DNA of 64,000 nucleotides. Origin: an uncultured virus (IMG/VR IMGVR_UViG_3300034418_011988) (Duplodnaviria > Heunggongvirae > Uroviricota > Caudoviricetes). Position numbers and translations under genes: made by a program. The stretch lies in IMG/VR virus record IMGVR_UViG_3300034418_011988; one strand, given 5' to 3'. The notes beneath the pieces were generated by a model, which saw only the letters and a program-made list of their open reading frames with translations, had not been told where the DNA came from and did no database searches. Shown here one piece after another: positions 9,368 through 17,321 of the stretch (positions are counted from its first letter, which is position 1; each line of letters begins with the position of its first letter).

Positions 9368-10276
9368 TTATGCAGCACCAGGGGTGCCAAACACGCAACG
9401 CCAGTCGGACACGCCGAAGGAGTAACGCTCACGCGCCTTAAAGCGCATGTTGCCGGTGTCAAAGTCCCCTTCCATTGCCGTCTTGATCGGCGAACGGTTG
9501 AAGTATTTGAAGCCGTTGGGCGCATCAGTCTTGATGAAGAAAGCATCCGTGTCGGTGAGGAAGTGGTTAACCACCGCACCTTCGGGAAGCATCCCCATGG
9601 ACTTCATGGCGTTCAGGTCGTTGTCTGCCGTGCCAGAACGCAGGTTGGAGTTGATCACCCGCTCTGCAACGAATTGCAGCTCTTTCGGGATGATCAGCTT
9701 CATGCCGCGAACAGCAATCTTCAGACCACGCTCGTCGGTCAGACCAGCAATGTCGATGAGCATCTGCTCAAGGGACGTCTCGTTCAAGTCAGCGGCCACC
9801 GAAAGGAGGTTGCGCTGGTTGCCCGAAAGGCTGGGGTGAGCGGAGGAGCAGAGAGCAGCACCATCGCCAATCGGGGAGCCGGTGCTGAACGCATTGTTCA
9901 GAATCGCGGCTGCCTTGATTTGCTTGGTCTGCGCCATGGAACGTGCCAGCGCCTTCGTGTACCGGGATGCCAGACGATCATAAAGATTGTCTTCGATGGC
10001 CTCTTCGGTAATGGAGAAGGCGAGAGCAATCGTCTCATGCTGGTAGCGAGCCGTGTACGTCTCCTGGGCGTCGTCAAAGGTGATGGCAGTGCCCTCGCCC
10101 TTAACAGGTGCCGTGGAGAAGCCACCAAGCATCACTTCTTCTTCAAAGGCGCGGTCCGAAGACTCCTCCTCGAAGATTTCAGAATGCTCGTTCTCATACC
10201 GGTTGTACTCAAGGCCGAAAAGGGCGTTGAGTCCGGGCTCCAGCTCTTTAGCTAGTTGTGCGCGTGAAATCGCCAT
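9368..10276 (-). CDS. Major capsid protein
   Basis: MAISRAQLAKELEPGLNALFG...ITEEAIEDNLY...FKARERYSFG; strong AGGAGG RBS; followed by a terminator. Confidence 0.85.
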   Translation of the reverse strand: MAISRAQLAKELEPGLNALFGLEYNRYENEHSEIFEEESSDRAFEEEVMLGGFSTAPVKGEGTAITFDDAQETYTARYQHETIALAFSITEEAIEDNLYDRLASRYTKALARSMAQTKQIKAAAILNNAFSTGSPIGDGAALCSSAHPSLSGNQRNLLSVAADLNETSLEQMLIDIAGLTDERGLKIAVRGMKLIIPKELQFVAERVINSNLRSGTADNDLNAMKSMGMLPEGAVVNHFLTDTDAFFIKTDAPNGFKYFNRSPIKTAMEGDFDTGNMRFKARERYSFGVSDWRCVFGTPGAA

Positions 10277-10288
10277 TTGTCAGCCTCC

Positions 10289-10939
10289 TTATAGACCGGT
10301 CGAATCCGCAGTAGTCTGCGAATCAAATCGACGGGTGGCAGCGTTGAAATGGGCATTCAGACGCACGATCAGCGGGATGCCCGCAGCGGTATAGTCGCTG
10401 TTGGCTTCATCATCAAGGATGCCCACAATACGCAGCGGCAGGGTTGCCGTGGTATTGACGGAGGACACGCTCAATGCACTGGTCGAGGAGCCAGTGTCGG
10501 TAGAACCGGCACGGGCCGAAGTGCCCAGCGAAGCGTTAGCAAACACCGTGGCCAACGCGGTTGCCCGGTTGGTCAGCGTGGCGTCGCTAGCGACTTTGAA
10601 GAGCTGATTGGGGTTATCAGCAACGAAAGCTTTGACAGGATAGTTCGTGTCAACGCTCACGGAGCCGGACCCCGGCCAATAGTTCAGGAAGACAGGCTTC
10701 TTCTGAACCGAGTCTTGATACTCAACGCCCATCAGCACACCAAGAGCTTGCGTGGTGCCGCCAGCCGTATCACCAGCTTGGTCAATGACGCCCGCAGCAA
10801 GCGGGACGACAATGCCGTACTGGTAGATAGCATTGGTGTTGTCAGAAGCGATTTCGTACTGAGTCACCCCAGTCGAGTTCACGCCGCTGCCAGCGAGGCC
10901 GATAGGACGAAGACCGTAGGCAGTATTAGCATTTGCCAT
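10289..10939 (-). CDS. Putative capsid cement/auxiliary protein
   Basis: MANANTAYGLRP..., directly upstream of the capsid gene. Confidence 0.6.
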   Translation of the reverse strand: MANANTAYGLRPIGLAGSGVNSTGVTQYEIASDNTNAIYQYGIVVPLAAGVIDQAGDTAGGTTQALGVLMGVEYQDSVQKKPVFLNYWPGSGSVSVDTNYPVKAFVADNPNQLFKVASDATLTNRATALATVFANASLGTSARAGSTDTGSSTSALSVSSVNTTATLPLRIVGILDDEANSDYTAAGIPLIVRLNAHFNAATRRFDSQTTADSTGL

Positions 10940-10961
10940 GACTAAAGTCTCCTATGTGGTC

Positions 10962-11462
10962 CTATTTCCGAGAACCACCGAAAGTTACACGGGATTGACG
11001 ATCAGGTTTGCTAATCGTCATGGTTGAGTGTGCATTCTCGCGCATCATGTCGTGGTCCACAGCCGCCATTTGATCAGCAGAGCGCTGATTAAAATAAGCG
11101 GTGCGTTCCGCAACGGTTTCTTCAGGAATCCGCGCGAGAAGCAACCCGCCGACCCCGAACACACCTTCGTATTTACCTGATTCAACCACAGGTGCTTCAA
11201 AGTCCGGGTACTCGTCCTGACGGACCAATTCCCAGCCTTCGCGCATCTTGGCACTGACGTTCTTGCGATCATCAAAGCCGCGCGTCTCAGCGCGAATCCA
11301 ACGATGCTTGAAACCGTCAGGGGCAGGCGGTGCATCCAGCATTGACGGGGGAGCCCAAGGCTTACGCCGTGCCGTAGTCTCCCGAGTTTGTTTAGCGCGA
11401 GAAGTGCGCTTCACGGACCCACCAAACTCCATATCGTTCGTTAAGTCGTCCATTTCGCTCAC
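10962..11462 (-). CDS. Conserved head-assembly-region protein
   Basis: WAPPSMLDAP...HRWIR...REGWELV...GGLLLARIP. Confidence 0.65.
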   Translation of the reverse strand: MSEMDDLTNDMEFGGSVKRTSRAKQTRETTARRKPWAPPSMLDAPPAPDGFKHRWIRAETRGFDDRKNVSAKMREGWELVRQDEYPDFEAPVVESGKYEGVFGVGGLLLARIPEETVAERTAYFNQRSADQMAAVDHDMMRENAHSTMTISKPDRQSRVTFGGSRK

Positions 11463-12364
11463 TCCTTCACGTACTTAGCGTACTCTTCCAGTGGCACTCC
11501 CAATTTCTTCGCTATAGCGACTTGGCTCGGGGAGAGTCGAACCGATTTACCACTTCTGCGCCCAGAATTACCGCGAGTAGCGGATGCGACAGTCTGAGCG
11601 GGCCGTCGATTACCGTCAGTTTTAGTTGCAGCGCCTAGCTTATGCGGAAACTCCGCAGCAATACGCTGATCTAATTCAGTATAGTAATCGTCTGATTGAG
11701 GGTCAAACCCTTCATCTTCAACTAATTTCTTGTGAATGCCGAAAGCGGCATAGGTCATGGCCTCATCTTGACCAAACCACGTGTTGCGCTGAGCCCAGGT
11801 TTCGGCTTTCGGGTCAGGCCGACGGGGCTGGGGCTGCTGCTGAGGCATGGGCTGCTGAACTTGCTGCGCCTGCTGCGCGGCAAGCTGCTGGCGATAGCGC
11901 TCTTGCTGCATCTGCGCTTGGCGAGCACGGTCTGACTCAATAGCTAAAGCCGTGATCTTCCGCTGGGCCTCAATGACCGCTTGGCTGTCACCCATCTCAA
12001 TGGCCCGGGCAAGCTCTTTCTCAGCATACTCGGTCTGAGACTGAACCCGGCTGGTGTACTCGGACACATAATTGGTGTCCAAAGCTTCCATCCGCTGGCG
12101 GATTTGCTGAGCTTCGCTTTGGACCGACTGAGCATAACGGATCGCTTCTTCCCGCTGCCGCTCAGCCTCGCGCATGCGCTTGGTGAGGTTGTTGATCCGC
12201 TTCTGCGTAGCCGTCTCGGCTTTCGAGAAGTTATCTTCCTGATCGGGATCAGAAGTGCCTGTTTCCGGGGCAGGGCTCCGGCTTTCTTCCTGATCAGGGA
12301 AATCAATTTCCGTTTCTTGGCTATCGCCCAGGTCTAATTCGACTTGATTCTCTGCTTCAGACAT
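11459..12364 (-). CDS. Putative scaffolding protein
   Basis: Acidic N-terminus, long coiled coil, C-terminal LSPSQVAIAKKLGVPLEEYAK; position before the capsid gene. Confidence 0.6.
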   Translation of the reverse strand: MSEAENQVELDLGDSQETEIDFPDQEESRSPAPETGTSDPDQEDNFSKAETATQKRINNLTKRMREAERQREEAIRYAQSVQSEAQQIRQRMEALDTNYVSEYTSRVQSQTEYAEKELARAIEMGDSQAVIEAQRKITALAIESDRARQAQMQQERYRQQLAAQQAQQVQQPMPQQQPQPRRPDPKAETWAQRNTWFGQDEAMTYAAFGIHKKLVEDEGFDPQSDDYYTELDQRIAAEFPHKLGAATKTDGNRRPAQTVASATRGNSGRRSGKSVRLSPSQVAIAKKLGVPLEEYAKYVKE

Positions 12365-12372
12365 GTCGCCTC

Positions 12373-12819
12373 CTAGTAATGCAGAACGTCTTCAGGGTCC
12401 ATGATCCGGGCCAGAATCTCGTCGTCATTCAAGATTCGGACCTCCCCGCCATCAATGGCAAAACGGCTGCCGGCATAGCGGGCAAACATGACCCAGTCTT
12501 TTTCCTGGCACCACGGGCCGCTGGGAAACTTCTCGCTGTCCTTGTAGGCCAGAGGGCCCACTTTCAGCACGTATCCCACCTGGGTGGACACTTTGTTCTT
12601 CTCGACAACGTCGTCAGGAAGATACAAACCACCGTCCGTTTTGCCTTTTCCCTGGTAGGGGAGGATGAGAAGACGCCAGCCCGTAGGGGACGGCATGCGT
12701 TCAAGAAGGGAAGCGCCAATGGCTTCGGGGTTTAGAACCCGCTTCTGGGGCTCTTGATAAGCCTCTTCGAGGCTCGCGACCTCTTCCTCGGGCGGAAGGG
12801 CCTCTGCTGCTTCAGTCAT
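12373..12819 (-). CDS. groES: Co-chaperonin GroES (Cpn10) homologue
   Basis: PTGWRLLI...KTDGGLYLP...GYVLKVGP...DWVMFARYAG...RILNDDEILA matches the Cpn10 pattern. Confidence 0.85.
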   Translation of the reverse strand: MTEAAEALPPEEEVASLEEAYQEPQKRVLNPEAIGASLLERMPSPTGWRLLILPYQGKGKTDGGLYLPDDVVEKNKVSTQVGYVLKVGPLAYKDSEKFPSGPWCQEKDWVMFARYAGSRFAIDGGEVRILNDDEILARIMDPEDVLHY

Positions 12820-13009
12820 CGCTGTGCTCCTGTTTTTCTAGCAGGCTCTTGAGTTCCTGTTCCACGTAGTCGAGGGCATCCAGATTGCCGGTCAACTCGC
12901 GGTAGTGCTCCATGTCTTTGACATGCTTGTAGATTAAAAGATCAGTTACTGCTTGGCGCCGTTCGCGGATAATCCTGAAGACCGCTTCAGCGAAGTAAAT
13001 TTCATTCAT
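12812..13009 (-). CDS. Small hypothetical protein
   Basis: 65-aa helical ORF overlapping the groES start. Confidence 0.6.
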   Translation of the reverse strand: MNEIYFAEAVFRIIRERRQAVTDLLIYKHVKDMEHYRELTGNLDALDYVEQELKSLLEKQEHSDD

Positions 13010-13084
13010 ACCCCACCATGTAACGTCAGAAGGTGAGCGCAGACTAACACGGATTTTATGCGAGAGGCTACGATTGATCGCAGA

Positions 13085-13531
13085 TTAAACGTGCTCGCGC
13101 CAGTCCTTCCCCTCCCAAAGCGCAGCTTCCGCCGCCCGGCGCTTCACAAGGCCTTCAAGCACCTTGCCGCCTGCCTTGTTCCACCGTTGAATTTGAAAGG
13201 GAACGTCTGACAGGGGGCCGTAATTGACTCGGTTCAACAGGGTGGATTCTTTGAAATTACCGGGCCCCAGGTTAAATACCCAGGCCACCAAAGCATCAAA
13301 CTCATGCTGCCTCAAAGCTACTTCCGTCATGCTGTTAACGTAGCCCTCAAACTCTTCGAGGTCTTCTATCAAAAAAGCCTCAGCAGCCTCTTGATCAATT
13401 ACGTCACTATCTCCAACGCCACGAGTATGACCATAACCGATAGTCCATACGCCAGCAGGGCATAAATACGCCTCCAGACGGCATCCCTCGAAATGTTTGA
13501 TGAGCGCCAGTCCTTCACCGCTAATCTTCAT
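13085..13531 (-). CDS. Endolysin, GH24 phage lysozyme
   Basis: IKHFEGCRLEAYLCPAGVWTIGYGHT and WNKAGGKVLEGLVKRRAAE; ATG at 13531 just after the holin stop. Confidence 0.9.
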   Translation of the reverse strand: MKISGEGLALIKHFEGCRLEAYLCPAGVWTIGYGHTRGVGDSDVIDQEAAEAFLIEDLEEFEGYVNSMTEVALRQHEFDALVAWVFNLGPGNFKESTLLNRVNYGPLSDVPFQIQRWNKAGGKVLEGLVKRRAAEAALWEGKDWREHV

Positions 13532-13532
13532 A

Positions 13533-14006
13533 TCAGTCCTGTTTTTGACTAGAGCCGAAATAGAACGCAATAACCGTGCTAAACGAGCCCGTAATCGAAC
13601 CCAGAATGAGGTTAATAATGGCATCAGAGTTTTGGTCAGGCGGCAAAACGGTCACAAGAACAATGTAGCCCGCAAACAGCAAGCACAAAGTGATAGCAAG
13701 GAACCGCGCCGTCCAGTCCTTGGCGAAGTGCTTCCGGGCATCGGCAGTATCGGCGGTCTGGAGCGCGTAGAGGTCAACGTCCAGCTCCTTCATCCGCGCT
13801 TCAAAGTCCAGCTCTGCCTTCTTGATTTGCACCAGTTGCTCTGGCGTGGCTTGCGACAAAGCTTTTTCTAAACTCCGTGCGTCCGTATCGCAACCAAGCA
13901 CACTGGCAATAGCTGACGCCGCTGCACCACCCAGAGGCCCACCGAGGGCCGTTCCAAGAGTAGGCGCTACGGCCCCTACAAGGTTCTTGATCGCGTCAAA
14001 CTTCAT
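13533..14006 (-). CDS. Putative holin (GTA-type 3TM family architecture)
   Basis: APTLGTALGGPLGG N-terminus, two C-terminal TM segments ending FYFGSS, adjacent to the lysozyme. Confidence 0.7.
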   Translation of the reverse strand: MKFDAIKNLVGAVAPTLGTALGGPLGGAAASAIASVLGCDTDARSLEKALSQATPEQLVQIKKAELDFEARMKELDVDLYALQTADTADARKHFAKDWTARFLAITLCLLFAGYIVLVTVLPPDQNSDAIINLILGSITGSFSTVIAFYFGSSQKQD

Positions 14007-14497
14007 CCTTTGGCCTTTATCGCTAGGAGAAATTCAATACTGCCCCATATCAACGCAGAGCCTAGCGCAAGTATGACTAATACCGCAACGGTGGTAAATG
14101 ACCGTTCCTTGAACCTTGCGCGCCGCGCTGCCTGGGCTTTTATTTGATCCGCGCGGTCCTGACGTATCTTGGCCCGCATAGCCAAAATCTCTTCCCAAGC
14201 ATCCCCGCCATGGGTCCACTTAACGTACTCGCGAAGTTGATCTTCCATCTGGCGGGCTTTCTGCTTGGCCGCAAAAGCCTGCATAGCCTCTTGTTCCACA
14301 GAGGACTTATTTATAATCGCGCGAAACAGCGGAGGATTCTTTGCTCGTTTTTCCGCGTCGTTAAGGTCTTGCAGGGCGCCCATCCAACGACCAATGTCGC
14401 CAGCCATGGACTCAAGGTTGTTGCCAACCTCAAAACCTTTTTTGATAGCGTTGAAAGCAGTGGACGCTACAGCCAGCGCCGTAATTGGATCAACCAC
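14003..14497 (-). CDS. Membrane-anchored coiled-coil protein
   Basis: DPITALAVA... with a C-terminal hydrophobic helix; GTG start inferred. Confidence 0.6.
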   Translation of the reverse strand: MVDPITALAVASTAFNAIKKGFEVGNNLESMAGDIGRWMGALQDLNDAEKRAKNPPLFRAIINKSSVEQEAMQAFAAKQKARQMEDQLREYVKWTHGGDAWEEILAMRAKIRQDRADQIKAQAARRARFKERSFTTVAVLVILALGSALIWGSIEFLLAIKAKG

Positions 14498-14593
14498 ATG
14501 CCCGCCCCCTATGCGAGCCCGTCTAGGGGGCAAATATATCAGAAGAGTTTTATCAACAAGTAATCGCTAACTATTGATTATTATGGGAAATAA

Positions 14594-16897
14594 TCAACGG
14601 CCGCCAAAAACCCCAGACCGTAAATACGGATTCATAAAGGGATTTGCTATCTCTTCCTCAGATAGGATTTGGTCAACCATCTTTTGTGTGCGCGGTGCAT
14701 AAGCGGTCCGCTCATAGCTCGGAAGCGGCGCAAACTCCGGTCGAATCGGCGTGGCAAACGGATCATAAGCCGGGGCCGACGGGCCTTGGATTTGCACATA
14801 CTCCGGCTGTGCCACTTGGAACGACGGGATAGGCTGATACGTTGCCGGGGGCAAGCTCAGCTCCGGGGCCGTGACGTCTCCGTACCCGACATCCAGCTCA
14901 GAATCAGAAACTCCACCGGTAAAGGGTCGGGGCTGGAACGAGCCCATGCCACCAAAAGGCGCAAAGCTTCGCGCGACATCCGGCAGAATGTAATTGAACT
15001 GCTGAGGCACATACGGCGTGTACCGGTAGCGCGGCAGCGGCTGCTCGGGTTCAACCTCAATCGGCGGGGCAGGCTCGGGAGCCGGCGCCGGCGCCGGTTC
15101 CGGCGCAGCACCGATTTCGTAACCGTAAAGGTCTTCTGAAAAATCCCCTTTTAGAATCTGAAGTGCATCTAAAACGTTGATTTCGCCATCGCCATTAACG
15201 TCGAACCGCAGGTCTTCTGGGTAATCAGACAGCCCAACGGCCATTTTCAGCACCGATTCGGCAAGGTCTTGCTGACGCTGAGGTATTTCGGGCACTTCCG
15301 GCAGCACCGGCTCAACAATCGAGCCATCCGGCACCGATTCATCCGGCAACTGCACCACCGTGTCAGCGCCATCCCGGCTGATTACCGGACCCGCAGGCCC
15401 CGTGTCTTCCGGGGGTTCTTCCTCACGGCCGACTACCGGACCCGGAGTATATAAATCGTCTCCGGCATCGGGGACGGTGACTACGACATCGCCGCCGTCC
15501 TGGCCGCCACCCGTCGGCGCTTCCGGGTCATAAACCGGGGGAGGCGGCGTCTCCGGCCCGCCACCCGGCGACGTTCCAGGGCCAAGGTCATCCCCGCCAC
15601 TGGGAGGCGGGATTTCAACGTAATCGTCCTCGACGGGAGGCGAGTCTATAACGGGCGGAGGGGGAGGCGGCTCAGGAGGGGGAGTTTCTTCTTGCCGCGC
15701 CTCCCGCTGAGAGGCATACCACTCGTCCTCAGCAATGCGGTCTTCGTCAGTGTAGCCGTCCCCGGGGTTGTATTCCCCGCCACCGCCCTGGTAGCCCACG
15801 GGCGGCGATCCGATGTATTCGTCCCCCGCCACCGTCGGCGGAGTGTAAGTCTCTTCCGGCGCAGCCGGCGCAGGCGCGGCCACCGGCGGATTCAAAGGAT
15901 TGGCGGGGTCAAAGCCTTCCAGTCCCGGGTACTGAGTAGCCGAAATGGCGTCGCGCGTCAGGCTTGCAATGCCCTCGTCTACCGCTGGTGGCGTGGGCTC
16001 TGGTGGCGTAGGCGTAACCCTCGGGCGCTGCGCAGGCACAGGCTGGCCCCACCGGGTTTCCGACGACATGGGGCGGCCTCCGGCGAGGCCCAAAAACTCG
16101 TTAAGCGTCGAATCGGCCAAACGGTCGCGCATCGAAGCTAGGGGAGCCGTGACGGGAGCCGGGGCTGGCGGCGCAACCGGGGTCAATGCTTCTAGCGCTT
16201 GTCGATCAAGGAAACCACTCATCCCCATATCATTGCTTACGGTTTCATTTTCCACTGGGGGCGGAGCAACCGGGGGCGGCGGAGGTGGAGGCGGAGGTGG
16301 AGGCGGAGGTGGAGGCGGAGGTGCCACCACGGGAGCAGGCGCCGGTGCCGGAGGCGGGGGCGGAGCAATAACAGGAGGCGGCGTGATAACGGACGGGATG
16401 CCCTCACTGTCAATAATAGGGGGAGGAGGCTCAACTACCGGGGGCGGCGGAGGTGCCACCACCGGAGGAGGCTGCGGAACCGGTTGGATAGGTAGGTCGG
16501 CCTGAATAGGCTCAAACCGTTCGCTCGGCGCAGACAGAACCTGAGAATGCGGCGCCGCCATCATGGGAGGCGGCTCAACCATCATAGGGGGCGGTGCCAC
16601 TGCCGCCGGAGGCGGAACAGGTTGAGGTGCTACAGCAGGAAGGGGAACCGTAATCGGAACCCGCGGCTCAACAGGAATGTTCTGACCAAAGCGCTCGTTT
16701 AGGAGAAAAGAACCTACGCCCTGGCCAATGCTGGGCTGCACATCGGGCACCGGCGCAGGAGCCATCGTCGGAGGGGGCGGAGCTGGAGCAGCAACCGGCG
16801 GCGCGGTCACAACAGGCTCCCCGCGTCGGTAATTGTTAAGGCCCAAGAATTGGCTAAGCGCAGAGTTGTTAAGGCTGTTGAGGTTAAAACCACCCAT
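14594..16897 (-). CDS. Large proline-rich protein with a dockerin/EF-hand-like motif
   Basis: 767-aa ORF whose start is coupled to the upstream stop (TGATG); poly-Pro tracts; DVNGDGEINVLDALQIL. Confidence 0.7.
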   Translation of the reverse strand: MGGFNLNSLNNSALSQFLGLNNYRRGEPVVTAPPVAAPAPPPPTMAPAPVPDVQPSIGQGVGSFLLNERFGQNIPVEPRVPITVPLPAVAPQPVPPPAAVAPPPMMVEPPPMMAAPHSQVLSAPSERFEPIQADLPIQPVPQPPPVVAPPPPPVVEPPPPIIDSEGIPSVITPPPVIAPPPPPAPAPAPVVAPPPPPPPPPPPPPPPPPVAPPPVENETVSNDMGMSGFLDRQALEALTPVAPPAPAPVTAPLASMRDRLADSTLNEFLGLAGGRPMSSETRWGQPVPAQRPRVTPTPPEPTPPAVDEGIASLTRDAISATQYPGLEGFDPANPLNPPVAAPAPAAPEETYTPPTVAGDEYIGSPPVGYQGGGGEYNPGDGYTDEDRIAEDEWYASQREARQEETPPPEPPPPPPVIDSPPVEDDYVEIPPPSGGDDLGPGTSPGGGPETPPPPVYDPEAPTGGGQDGGDVVVTVPDAGDDLYTPGPVVGREEEPPEDTGPAGPVISRDGADTVVQLPDESVPDGSIVEPVLPEVPEIPQRQQDLAESVLKMAVGLSDYPEDLRFDVNGDGEINVLDALQILKGDFSEDLYGYEIGAAPEPAPAPAPEPAPPIEVEPEQPLPRYRYTPYVPQQFNYILPDVARSFAPFGGMGSFQPRPFTGGVSDSELDVGYGDVTAPELSLPPATYQPIPSFQVAQPEYVQIQGPSAPAYDPFATPIRPEFAPLPSYERTAYAPRTQKMVDQILSEEEIANPFMNPYLRSGVFGGR

Positions 16898-17124
16898 CAG
16901 AAAACTCCCTTGAACCTCTGCGGACGCGCAATCGGGCTAAAACCCTTAACCACCCGACCCCTCGGTTTCCTTACCGCACCGCCCTTGGCCTTTTTCTGAG
17001 GCTTGGACCGTCCAGCTTCCTCCAGCGCAATAGCCACCGCCTGCTTCTGAGGATACCCCTCGCTCACAAGCTTGCTAATGTTTGCGCTGACCGTCTTGTC
17101 AGACTTGCCCTTTTCAAGGGGCAT
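16897..17124 (-). CDS. Small basic conserved phage protein
   Basis: MPLEKGKS...[20 protein letters not shown]. Confidence 0.7.
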   Translation of the reverse strand: MPLEKGKSDKTVSANISKLVSEGYPQKQAVAIALEEAGRSKPQKKAKGGAVRKPRGRVVKGFSPIARPQRFKGVF

Positions 17125-17125
17125 G

Positions 17126-17320
17126 TCAGCAGGTCAGATACTTACCGCCACGCTTCGCAGCACCCATGCCGCGGGCCGTGGCAGTCTTCATCGTATCACC
17201 ACCCATGGGCGCATCCGCCGTCTTGCCGTAAGGAATCCGGCCCTGGCCCTTGATGTCCGCATATTCCACAGCCTTGGGAGCAGCCCCAGGCTTGTTGGTC
17301 ACAATCTTAACTGCCGCCAT
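17126..17320 (-). CDS. Small basic protein
   Basis: 64-aa ORF directly after the portal gene. Confidence 0.6.
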   Translation of the reverse strand: MAAVKIVTNKPGAAPKAVEYADIKGQGRIPYGKTADAPMGGDTMKTATARGMGAAKRGGKYLTC

Positions 17321-17321
17321 G

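Noticed and set aside
16270..16325. GGAGGTGGAGGC tandem repeat as a DNA element
   Set aside because: Fully explained by the poly-proline codons of the minus-strand gene.
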